Shown here one piece after another: positions 16,596-24,682 of a stretch of 58,664 nt of DNA; within the stretch, counting starts at the first letter, position 1, and every line of letters begins with the position of its first letter. This DNA comes from Parcubacteria group bacterium. Its GTDB lineage: Bacteria > Patescibacteriota > Minisyncoccia > UBA6257 > UBA11618. Made by a program: the position numbers and the translations under genes. The stretch is from assembly GCA_943349395.1 (NCBI GenBank), contig CALQZH010000002.1, positions 25,745 through 84,408 on the forward strand, written 5' to 3'. Below the pieces are notes generated by a model. That model saw nothing but the letters and a program-made list of their open reading frames with translations. It was not told the DNA's origin and did no database searches.

Positions 16596-17246
16596 ATGTT
16601 CGACACGTACGCGAGGTCCGATGAGGCCGTCCGCATTCTCGGACCGAAAAAGGTCCTTTTGCATCCGTCCGATGCGGAACTGCTCATCTATACCTGCCTG
16701 GAGCTTCAGGATTGCGCTAAGGCGAATTGGCTCGGCCATAGCGATTGGCGGCTCGCCTGGTGCGAGGGGAGGACATTGGCATCCCAGCTGAAACGCTGGG
16801 AAATAAGTCCGACGAGCCAGCCCTGCTGCCATGCCCCGTCAGCGAAATTTCTCGATGAGGATACCTATCCATGGATGTTCCAAGAGGGGACGCCGGGATA
16901 CTATCTCATCGACTTCGCCGGCAGGTATCGGGGGCTCGAGTGGGGCGATCAGGAGGATGAGCTCGTCGCCGAGTTCGGCACGAAGCTCTTCGCCCGGGCG
17001 CCCGAGCAGTGCGTCATGGAAGCGGCGTTCGCGTTCTTCATGCGGAACGGGGGCGAGCGCTTGCTCGAATACGACTACCACTGGGGCGCGATCGAGGACG
17101 CTAGTGAGAGCCGGTGCGCCGTGGGCGTATTCGACGACAAGGGCTGGTCCATCACGATGATCGAGCCGTATGTCGAGGGAGAAGACCATGTCGTCTGCCT
17201 CTGGCGGAAGCCCGAGTTGGGGCTTATCTCAAAACCCGGCGCATGA
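16596..17246 (+). CDS. hypothetical protein
   Basis: 216-aa ORF with host-like GC3. No motif recognised. Confidence 0.55.
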   Translation: MFDTYARSDEAVRILGPKKVLLHPSDAELLIYTCLELQDCAKANWLGHSDWRLAWCEGRTLASQLKRWEISPTSQPCCHAPSAKFLDEDTYPWMFQEGTPGYYLIDFAGRYRGLEWGDQEDELVAEFGTKLFARAPEQCVMEAAFAFFMRNGGERLLEYDYHWGAIEDASESRCAVGVFDDKGWSITMIEPYVEGEDHVVCLWRKPELGLISKPGA

Positions 17247-17359
17247 GCGGATTCGCTCGTGATAACCGGTCTCCTGGCGGGGGAGTCATAAGGACTATGA
17301 TTCCAAACCCAGGAGGTTTTTTTATTCCCTCTTCATCCGGGGTTCACGCCCTCAAGATA

Positions 17360-17389
17360 TTGACATTTTTACATATTTAATGCTATAAT
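17360..17389 (+). promoter_or_regulatory. consensus sigma-70-type promoter
   Basis: TTGACA (17360-17365), an 18-nt spacer, then TATAAT (17384-17389). Confidence 0.6.
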
Positions 17390-17481
17390 ATATATGTTGT
17401 TTGACATAGGAGGGTGTCGTATCCTCGCTATCGCTTCTGTTGGGAAAGCCCAGCTTTTCTACTCTTGAAGGATTTCTGGCC

Positions 17482-17889
17482 ATGCAAACGATCGAAGTGA
17501 GAACTGAGAATGGAGAAACGGTGCGTGTCAGTACGCAAACATGCGTCGACTTCGAGGATCCTAAGGTGAAATGCTTCGTATGCGGCAGCACGCTCATCGT
17601 GCTAGCCTTCATCCCGAAGCTGTCGAAGATCATCCAAACGGTCTTCACTCTCCAGGACGGCGTCTTCGTTTTCAATGGGCTCTTGGACATCATTGGAACC
17701 CCCGAAGGCGTCGAGGTTGACCTGACTGGAAACGCGCATACGGGCGGACTGGTTCATGCCGGCGAGGCGCATCACGGTGCGCATAAGAATTCTCTTAGTC
17801 GTGGAACCGGATTCTTCGTCCTGAGGGGCTTGAATTTCGAAGCTCAGGCCAGTATCCGGTTTGATGCCGTGAACACGCCGATTTCCTAA
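17482..17889 (+). CDS. hypothetical protein (135 aa)
   Basis: ATG at 17482 downstream of the consensus promoter. High GC3 in this frame. The hairpin at 17955-17976 follows. No motif recognised. Confidence 0.5.
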   Translation: MQTIEVRTENGETVRVSTQTCVDFEDPKVKCFVCGSTLIVLAFIPKLSKIIQTVFTLQDGVFVFNGLLDIIGTPEGVEVDLTGNAHTGGLVHAGEAHHGAHKNSLSRGTGFFVLRGLNFEAQASIRFDAVNTPIS

Positions 17890-17954
17890 TCGCATCATTC
17901 CATGCGACGCACGCAATAACTCGCCGTGCGATACAATAAGCGAACGATATATGG

Positions 17955-17976
17955 AGCGCCTCAATTGTGAGGCGCT
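17955..17976. terminator. hairpin between the convergent genes 17482-17889 and topA
   Basis: AGCGCCTCA-attg-TGAGGCGCT followed by TATTTTTTT on the + strand. Confidence 0.6.
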
Positions 17977-17983
17977 TATTTTT

Positions 17984-20068
17984 TTATTCCTTTTTCGCTT
18001 TCGGGGCGCGTTTCGGCTTCGCGTCTGCCGAGGCCTTCTTCGCGGCGGTTTCGGCCAATTCAGCTTTCCGTGCGGCGATCTTTTCGGGCGGCGTGGGCTG
18101 CGGCGGCTCGATCTTCGGGTCTTTCCAGGTCGCAAAGGTGCAGTCCGGGTAACGCGAGCATCCCCAGAAGGTGCGGCCACGGCCCGTCCGGCGGTCGATC
18201 ACCGAGCCTTCCGCACAGTCGGGGCACTGGATCTTGGGCGCGCTCGGGTCAGCCTCGACGCGCTTCGTGTTCTTGCAGGCGGGGAATCCGGAACAGGCGA
18301 CGAACTTGCCGAACCTGCCGGTCCTGATCACCATCGGCTTGCCGCACTTCTCGCAGACTTGGTCCGTGGGCTCGGCCGCGGGTTTCTCGATCTTTTCTCC
18401 TTCCACGCTCTCGTATTTTTCCGTAAGGTTCTTCATGAAGGGCGCATAGAACGATCCGAGAACGTCCTGCCACTTCTCCGTGCCCTCTGCTACCGCATCC
18501 AAAGCATTTTCCATATTCGCGGTGAAGCCAATATCGGTCGTCTCGGGGAAGTGCTCGCAGAGCACCTTGTTCACCTTCTCTCCTATGGGCGTCGGCTGGA
18601 AGCGGCCCTTCTCCTTCACGACATATTCGCGCGCCTGGATGACGGAGATGATCGGGGCGTAGGTCGAGGGGCGGCCGATGCCGTATTCTTCGAGCGTCTT
18701 CACGAGACTCGCTTCGCTGTAGCGCGCGGGGGGTTCGGTGAAGTGCTGCTCGGGGGTGATCGCGCGGCGCTCGAGCGATTCGCCTTCGGAAACGACAGGG
18801 AGCTGACTCTCCTCGAACTTCTGCGGCCAGGCCTTCAGATAGCCGTCGAACTTCAGGGTTGCGCCGGTCGCGCGCAGGCCGTAGTCGCCCGATACGATGT
18901 CGATGCCGGTGCTGTCGAAAATCGCCTGGGGCATCTGCGAGGCCATGAACCTCTGCCATATAAGGCGATAGAGCTTGTTGCCGTCGACGTCCGTGACGGA
19001 CGGGTTCGTGGGGCGCACGGCCTCATGCGCTTCCTGAGCGCCCTTCGATTTCGTCGCGAATGTGCGAGGCGCGTCCGCGGCATACGCTTGCCCGTATTCT
19101 TTCATGAGGAAGGCCTTTGCGCCCGCCAGGGATTCGCGTGAGAGGTTCACGGAGTCGGTACGCATATAGGTGATCGTGCCTTGCTCGTAAAGTTGCTGGG
19201 CCACGAACATGGTCTTCTTCGCGGTGTAGCCGAGGCGCTTCGCCGCCTCCTGCTGGAGCGTGGAGGTCGTGAAGGGCGGCGGCGGGTTCTTGCGCATCTC
19301 CTTTTTCGTGACGCTCGTGACGGCGAACATGCCGGTCATGAGGTCGGCCGTTATCGCATCAGCCCGGGCCTTGTCGGGAATGCCAAACTTGTCGAGGGGC
19401 TGGCCCTTGATCTTCGCGAGCGAGGCGATGAGCGTGCCACCCTTGCCCTTGAGCTCTGCCGCGATCGTCCAGTATTCCTGGGGCTTGAAGACCCGGATCT
19501 CGTTCTCGCGCTCGACGACGAGCCGCACGGCGACGGACTGCACGCGCCCGGCGGACAATCCGCGCCCGACCTTCTTCCAGAGGAAGGGGGAGAGCTTGTA
19601 GCCCACGATGCGGTCTAAGGCGCGCCGCGCCTGCTGGGCATTCACCATATCGAGGTCGATCGTGCGCGGATGCTTCAAAGCCTCCTCGATGGCCGTCTTC
19701 GTGATTTCGTGAAAAGCGATCCTTTGTACCGTTTGCGCTTTCGGATTTCGTTCTTCGGATTTCGAATTTCCGAGGTCGAGTGCCTCGGCAAGGTGCCAGG
19801 CAATGGCTTCTCCTTCGCGGTCTTCATCAGTCGCGAGGATGACCGAGTCGCACTTCTTCGCCTTATCCTTGAGGTTCTTCACGACGGGCCGGGCCTTGAG
19901 CGGGATGAGGTAGGTCGGCTCAAAATTCTTATCAGGATCAATGCCGAGCTTCGATTTCGGCAAGTCACGAACGTGGCCATATGACGATTCGACGGCGTAG
20001 TCGGGGCCGAGGAATTTCGATATGGTCCGTGCCTTCGTAGGGCTTTCGACGATGATCAGGCTTTTCAT
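17984..20068 (-). CDS. topA: DNA topoisomerase I
   Basis: TOPRIM N-terminus (LIIVESPTKARTISKFLG), active-site region (ITYMRTDS), C-terminal CxxC zinc fingers and a Lys-rich tail. Confidence 0.95.
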   Translation of the reverse strand: MKSLIIVESPTKARTISKFLGPDYAVESSYGHVRDLPKSKLGIDPDKNFEPTYLIPLKARPVVKNLKDKAKKCDSVILATDEDREGEAIAWHLAEALDLGNSKSEERNPKAQTVQRIAFHEITKTAIEEALKHPRTIDLDMVNAQQARRALDRIVGYKLSPFLWKKVGRGLSAGRVQSVAVRLVVERENEIRVFKPQEYWTIAAELKGKGGTLIASLAKIKGQPLDKFGIPDKARADAITADLMTGMFAVTSVTKKEMRKNPPPPFTTSTLQQEAAKRLGYTAKKTMFVAQQLYEQGTITYMRTDSVNLSRESLAGAKAFLMKEYGQAYAADAPRTFATKSKGAQEAHEAVRPTNPSVTDVDGNKLYRLIWQRFMASQMPQAIFDSTGIDIVSGDYGLRATGATLKFDGYLKAWPQKFEESQLPVVSEGESLERRAITPEQHFTEPPARYSEASLVKTLEEYGIGRPSTYAPIISVIQAREYVVKEKGRFQPTPIGEKVNKVLCEHFPETTDIGFTANMENALDAVAEGTEKWQDVLGSFYAPFMKNLTEKYESVEGEKIEKPAAEPTDQVCEKCGKPMVIRTGRFGKFVACSGFPACKNTKRVEADPSAPKIQCPDCAEGSVIDRRTGRGRTFWGCSRYPDCTFATWKDPKIEPPQPTPPEKIAARKAELAETAAKKASADAKPKRAPKAKKE

Positions 20069-21096
20069 AGGGAGTAGCGGCCGTTCATGTCCCTAATCAT
20101 ACCATTCACGGTAAGGAGGGCGACGGCCTGGTTCGCGAGGTGGACTTCAAGGTGGCCCAGTTCGGCGATCTCGTCAAGGGTAAGCGGCGCGCCGGCCGCG
20201 CGGATGGCCGCGAGGACCGCGCGCTCATGAGGGGAGAGGTTCATATCGTCATCCGGCGCGTTTTCCGAGGGTTTTGCGAAGGGAATGCCGAGGCTCATGC
20301 AGATGTCCCGGGATGAGGTAACGAGTTCCGCGCCCTGGCGTATCAGGGCGTGCGACCCGGCATAATTAGGGTGTGAAAGGGGGCCTGGCACGGCGAACAC
20401 GTCCCGGTTCTGCTCGGTCGCGAGGCGGGCGGTCACGAGCGCGCCCGAGCGTTCGGGGGCCTCGACGACGAGCGTGCCACGCGAGAGGCAGGAGACGATG
20501 CGGTTACGCTCGAGGAAGTGCGAGGGGAAGGTGGGGCTATCGAACGGGTACTCGGAGACGAGCGCGCCGCCATGGGCGAGGATCTCCCGCGCGAGCGGGG
20601 CGTGCGAGGAGGGGTAGACGCGATCGAGCCCCGAGGGGAGCACTGCGATGGTCGGGCGCTTTCCCGACTCGAGCGCGCCCCGGTGCGCCGCGCCGTCGAT
20701 GCCGAGCGCGAGTCCGGAGACGACGCCCACGCCGCAGTCCGAAAGGCCGCGTGCGAAAGCACACGCGGTTTCGAGGCCGGCGTGCGTCGCGCGGCGCGTG
20801 CCGACTACGGCAACCAAGGGCTGTTCGAAGCAGAACGTGCCGAGTATGTAGAGGGCGTAAGGGGCGCTGTGGATTTCGCGGAGGAACGGGGGATAGTTCG
20901 GGTCGTCGTGCGTCACGAGGCGGATATCGCGCTTCATGAGGCGTTCCCATTCCCGATCAGGGTCGATGCGGCTCCCGTGCCGCGCTTCGTCCCATGCTCG
21001 CGACCAGTCGCGGTGCCGCTCCCAAGCCTCGTCCATGCGGGCGCGGTTTCCTTGGTGGAAGAGGTTCAGGGCGTTATACTGTGAGGGGATATGCAT
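20065..21096 (-). CDS. dprA: DNA processing protein DprA (Smf)
   Basis: VAVVGTRRATHAGLETA...VVSGLALGIDGAAHRGAL Rossmann-like DprA core. Its stop overlaps the topA start (4 nt). Confidence 0.85.
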   Translation of the reverse strand: MHIPSQYNALNLFHQGNRARMDEAWERHRDWSRAWDEARHGSRIDPDREWERLMKRDIRLVTHDDPNYPPFLREIHSAPYALYILGTFCFEQPLVAVVGTRRATHAGLETACAFARGLSDCGVGVVSGLALGIDGAAHRGALESGKRPTIAVLPSGLDRVYPSSHAPLAREILAHGGALVSEYPFDSPTFPSHFLERNRIVSCLSRGTLVVEAPERSGALVTARLATEQNRDVFAVPGPLSHPNYAGSHALIRQGAELVTSSRDICMSLGIPFAKPSENAPDDDMNLSPHERAVLAAIRAAGAPLTLDEIAELGHLEVHLANQAVALLTVNGMIRDMNGRYSL

Positions 21097-21615
21097 TCAG
21101 ATTTTCCGATGAAGATTGGCCGGTCGATACTGATCCACGCCGTGGCGATCGGGGCTCTTTCGGGCGTCGCATACTGGCTGTCATACGACGCGATGCGGCA
21201 TATCGCGGCCATGCAGGCCGCGCAGGCCGACAAGGCCGCGCGCGAAGCCATGGAAAGCCAGCTTGCGATCTTGCGGGCGGCGAGCGGGAAGGCGAATGAT
21301 CTTGCGCCCGTAATCGCCGCGATCCTTCCGACCCAGGACGCTCTGGTTGATTTTCCCCGGGAAACGGGTGCCTTGGCAAGGCAGTCCGGCCTCGACTTCA
21401 GTTTCGGGTTCGGCGAGAGCGTGGCGGGAACGACGACTACGCCGGGAACGGTCGCGTTCGCGATGAGCGGCAAGGGGCCGGCTCTCAAGTGGGCCGAGTT
21501 CCTGAAGGCCTTCGAATCGGGCGCGAATGCCGTATCGGTCGATGTGGCGCGCATGCGGTCGAATGACGGGAAGTCGTACGACATGACGATCAATGGAAAG
21601 GCTTTTACGCAATAA
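21091..21615 (+). CDS. membrane-anchored hypothetical protein
   Basis: 174 aa with a TM segment (ILIHAVAIGALSGVAYWL) followed by a coiled region. Any pilus-assembly (PilO-like) resemblance is only a topology impression. Confidence 0.5.
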   Translation: MHSDFPMKIGRSILIHAVAIGALSGVAYWLSYDAMRHIAAMQAAQADKAAREAMESQLAILRAASGKANDLAPVIAAILPTQDALVDFPRETGALARQSGLDFSFGFGESVAGTTTTPGTVAFAMSGKGPALKWAEFLKAFESGANAVSVDVARMRSNDGKSYDMTINGKAFTQ

Positions 21616-21805
21616 CCTATCGATAGTGCTCGGGGTCGCGGCCGTGTTCTTGGGCGCGGGACTGCTTTTCTGCATATATAGGGGGATACGCTTTGGGGTA
21701 AGCACGGTGCGGGCCGGATATGCGGAAAATTTGATAAACCGGGAAGAAATTGCTAGTTTTAACCTTGCTGGCGCCGCGGAGCTGAAGAAGCTGCGGGGCA
21801 GATAG
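21593..21805 (+). CDS. small membrane protein
   Basis: 70 aa with one TM segment (LSIVLGVAAVFLGAGLLFCIY). It overlaps the upstream gene's end. Confidence 0.45.
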   Translation: MERLLRNNLSIVLGVAAVFLGAGLLFCIYRGIRFGVSTVRAGYAENLINREEIASFNLAGAAELKKLRGR

Positions 21806-21824
21806 GAGGGGGGTCGGGCGCGAC

Positions 21825-21896
21825 GGGCGCATAGTTCAGTGGTAGAACGCCATACTGATAATATGGAGGTCGAAGGTTCGATTCCTTCTGCGCCCA
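21825..21896 (+). tRNA. tRNA-Ile (anticodon GAU)
   Basis: Acceptor GGGCGCA/TGCGCCC. Anticodon arm CCATA-CTGATAA-TATGG. T-arm GAAGG-TTCGATT-CCTTC. Confidence 0.9.
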
Positions 21897-21900
21897 CACA

Positions 21901-21943
21901 GTTTTAAAATAGGACCCGTTATACTCGGGTCCTATTTTAAAAC
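21901..21943. terminator. bidirectional hairpin after tRNA-Ile
   Basis: gttttaaaataggacccg-ttatac-tcgggtcctattttaaaac. Confidence 0.65.
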
Positions 21944-21949
21944 TGTCTA

Positions 21950-22123
21950 GGTACATAGAGGAGGAATCGAACCGCGGGCCGCAGGCTCCGAATAGGAGCC
22001 GAAGGTTCCGAGCCGCATAGGCGGCGAGGGGCGATTCCTTCTTCATTGCTGATTATAAAAATGACATGTCTCGACCGATCTACTAGTGAGTAGAGAGGAA
22101 GAGGCGATTCCTTCTGCGCCCAC
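21950..22123 (-). repeat. tRNA-convergent structured element, copy b (two tandem units; partner: tRNA-Ile)
   Basis: The far end carries a 19-bp direct repeat of the tRNA-Ile 3' end (22105-22123 = 21879-21897). An inner partial repeat lies at 22032-22042. The 40-nt block 21970-22009 is identical to 35339-35378 in reverse complement. Confidence 0.65.
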
Positions 22124-22162
22124 TCTATGGAAAAGAGTCGATTTTTATCATAGTATGAGAGT

Positions 22163-22438
22163 ATGGAAGACGTAGTGAAAAAAACAGTGAATGTGTCTAC
22201 GTGCATGGGTTCATTCGAATGCGTTTTGACGCATAATGATCCTGATAAGGGATATACGGTTACGGTTCCCAGATTGAAAGGGGTGGTGACATTCGGAGAT
22301 GATGAGAGAGAGGCTGTGCGTATGGTTCGGGAGGCCATAGAATTGCATTGCGGATGTCTTTTGGAAAAAGGCCTTGCCGAGGTTCGTCCGAAGCGCAAAG
22401 AAGCGGTACGGGGAAAAAGCATTGCAGTTCGCAAGTAG
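22163..22438 (+). CDS. hicB: HicB-family antitoxin
   Basis: GYTVTVPRLKGVVTFGDDEREAVRMVREAIELH matches the HicB/UPF0150 N-terminal fold pattern. It lies directly upstream of hicA. Confidence 0.7.
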   Translation: MEDVVKKTVNVSTCMGSFECVLTHNDPDKGYTVTVPRLKGVVTFGDDEREAVRMVREAIELHCGCLLEKGLAEVRPKRKEAVRGKSIAVRK

Positions 22439-22441
22439 CGT

Positions 22442-22672
22442 ATGGGCATAGCGATTACCGGAGCCAGGCTGATTCCTTTGCTGGTGAAGCTCTGTTTCCG
22501 GATAATTCGACAGGCGGGAAGCCATGTCCATTTGGAATCGGTCGGGAATATGGCGCGCAGGGTAACCGTGCCGATGCATAACAAGGATCTTCCTATCGCT
22601 ACGTTGCGGTCCATCCTGCGCCAAGCGGGGATATCGATGGAGGATTTTTTGAAATTACTCGGCAGGAAATAA
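22442..22672 (+). CDS. hicA: HicA-family mRNA interferase toxin
   Basis: IRQAGSHVHLES...RVTVPMHNKDLPIATLRSILRQAGIS is the HicA signature (GSH...vP.H...l..gtl.sIlkqag). Confidence 0.75.
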   Translation: MGIAITGARLIPLLVKLCFRIIRQAGSHVHLESVGNMARRVTVPMHNKDLPIATLRSILRQAGISMEDFLKLLGRK

Positions 22673-22681
22673 TTTTTTACA

Positions 22682-23005
22682 ATGATCTCATTCGACGATT
22701 TCAAGAAGGCGGAGATACGGATCGGGAAGATCCTCTCAGCCGAGAAGATTCCCGAGGGCACGAAGCTCTTGAAGCTCAGCGTTGATTTCGGCACGGAGAC
22801 GCGGCAGATCATGTCGGGCATCGCCAAGGAATTCCCGGATCCGTCAGTGCTCGTGGGCCGCGAGGCGCCCTTCATAGTGAATCTCGAGCCGCGCACGATC
22901 CTGGGGCACGAGAGTCAGGGGATGATCTTGGCGACGGATGGCACGGAGGGCATCGTATTGCTCCACCCTGCCTCCGACGTCCCGCCCGGCAGCCCCGTGA
23001 AATAA
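22682..23005 (+). CDS. tRNA-binding domain protein (CsaA/Trbp111-like)
   Basis: FKKAEIRIGKILSAEKIPEGTKLLKLSVDFGTETRQIMSGIA...NLEPRTILGHESQGMILA is an OB-fold tRNA-binding domain pattern. Confidence 0.75.
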   Translation: MISFDDFKKAEIRIGKILSAEKIPEGTKLLKLSVDFGTETRQIMSGIAKEFPDPSVLVGREAPFIVNLEPRTILGHESQGMILATDGTEGIVLLHPASDVPPGSPVK

Positions 23006-23077
23006 AGAAGATGGCGAGGGTTACCCTCTCGCTGTTTTTGTATGGATATATGCGGGCATGAATATAAACAAAAATTA

Positions 23078-23168
23078 ACAATTGTATAAAATTGTTTATA
23101 TTGCATATCGTCACGAAAACGGGGTATTGTATGCGGCAGAAGTCGACGACGTTCGTTGACAATCAGTT
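23078..23168 (+). promoter_or_regulatory. duplicated palindrome + promoter + 5' stem-loop module (copy 1)
   Basis: ACAATTGTATAAAATTGT palindrome (23078-23095). -35 TTGCAT (23101), 18-nt spacer, -10 TATTGT (23125). GTCGAC-gacgttc-GTTGAC stem-loop (23142-23160). Near-identical copy at 24505-24594. Confidence 0.55.
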
Positions 23169-23266
23169 TCCATGGCCGGTGCCTGCGGGCGTTCGGACCA
23201 TGGCCCGGGCCGTGCGCGGTACCGGTGTCGTGCGCCTGCGGGCGCTTTGTTTTGGGGAGATGTACG

Positions 23267-24421
23267 ATGAGTTCGAGTCAGAGGGAAAGATTGCTCGTGG
23301 CTATGAGTCAGAACGGGACAAGGGATGCGGAAGGCGATGCTGTGCTCGCGGCGGCGATGGCCGAAAGGCTCTTCAGGAAGCTTTCGCAGAGCGGCGAGGT
23401 TTTGGAATTGCGAGAGATATTCACGGATGCGATGGAGAGCTATAACGACGTGCTCGGCGTTCAGGCCGTGAACCGTTGGGCGCTGTCGTATGCGGCATCG
23501 AATGCCGAAGGTCAGATCGACGCGGGCATGTTCGCATGCCTCACCGTTATGTTCTGGGAGGCTCATGCCAAATACCGGGGCGGGGCGTACCCGATGGGTA
23601 AGACGCTGCTCGCCGTGTTCGGGCAGATTCTCGCCCTGTGGCGTCCGAATATGTCTGAGACGAGCATTGCCGCGTTCGAATTCTGCGCGGCGGCATCCGA
23701 TCCGATGAGCGGGCAGGAGTACGAAGGGTGGACGAGCGCCATGCGCCTGTTCAGGGGTAAGTTCGTCCATAAGGAGGATCGCGCGGCGATGGTCGGGATG
23801 ATCCGCGACAAGGCGAATAAGAAAGGGCGTCCGTGCGAGGATTTCGATAGCGATAGCCTTGGGGAGTGGATTGACCGCTATGCGGATACCGTTCATTTCT
23901 CGAAAGAAATCCTCGACGATCTCGAAGTTGCGTATACGCGTAAGGCGTGCGTGCGCACGGAGAAGATGCGCAGGCAGGTATGCAGGCATCTCCTCGTGGT
24001 GGATGCGTCGTCGGCATTACGCGCGTTTCTCGGAGAAACCGTGGTGAAGCAATGGGCGAAGTTCGACAAGCGGGCGATGAGCGCGCTTTCGGGAATGTGG
24101 CCGCGCGGCCATGAGGGCGAGATGGCTCGGGACGGGATCGGGCTGTGGAATAACTTCTACGGAACGATTCTCGTGATCTATCATGCGCGCCTACGCGTGC
24201 AAGTCGATGTTGTTCTTCCCGAGGGAACCCCGACGAATCTGTGTTCAGATATGACGCGCCGGGCCGAGGCACGGGTTGAGCGATTTCGTGACTTGAATAA
24301 GGACGCTTCGATTCTGATCCGGGTCTTCGATTCGGGAAAAAATCTCATCTGCGCGCCGAATTGGGGAAGCGAATCGTTCGATGATATTCCGTGCGGCGTC
24401 GCGGAGGCGGATGGGGAGTAA
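23267..24421 (+). CDS. orphan protein, paralog 1 (384 aa)
   Basis: ATG at 23267 after GGGGAGA. The C-terminal motifs DGIGLWNNFYGTI, LPEGTPTNL and RRAEARVERF are shared with the next gene. No known domain recognised. Confidence 0.65.
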   Translation: MSSSQRERLLVAMSQNGTRDAEGDAVLAAAMAERLFRKLSQSGEVLELREIFTDAMESYNDVLGVQAVNRWALSYAASNAEGQIDAGMFACLTVMFWEAHAKYRGGAYPMGKTLLAVFGQILALWRPNMSETSIAAFEFCAAASDPMSGQEYEGWTSAMRLFRGKFVHKEDRAAMVGMIRDKANKKGRPCEDFDSDSLGEWIDRYADTVHFSKEILDDLEVAYTRKACVRTEKMRRQVCRHLLVVDASSALRAFLGETVVKQWAKFDKRAMSALSGMWPRGHEGEMARDGIGLWNNFYGTILVIYHARLRVQVDVVLPEGTPTNLCSDMTRRAEARVERFRDLNKDASILIRVFDSGKNLICAPNWGSESFDDIPCGVAEADGE

Positions 24422-24504
24422 TTCGATCGGGTGTTTTTTGCGGCGGGGGTTTCGCCCCCGTCGCTTTTTTATGAGCGCATGTATGCGAATATCAACAATT
24501 AAAT

Positions 24505-24594
24505 ACAATTGTATAAAATTGTTTATATTGCGCATTTCCTCATAACGGGGTATTTTAGGCGCAGGGTCGACGACGTTCGTTGGCATAATCAGTT
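24505..24594 (+). promoter_or_regulatory. duplicated palindrome + promoter + 5' stem-loop module (copy 2)
   Basis: The same 18-bp palindrome (24505-24522). -35 TTGCGC (24528), 17-nt spacer, -10 TATTTT (24551). GTCGAC-gacgttc-GTTGGC stem-loop (24566-24584). Confidence 0.55.
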
Positions 24595-24682
24595 CTCCGG
24601 GCCGGCTTTCGGGCAGGGTTCTGGGGCTTCCCCGTTTCGGCGGGCGAAGGAAGGTGCGGTTTCGGCCGCGGGAGAGAGAACC

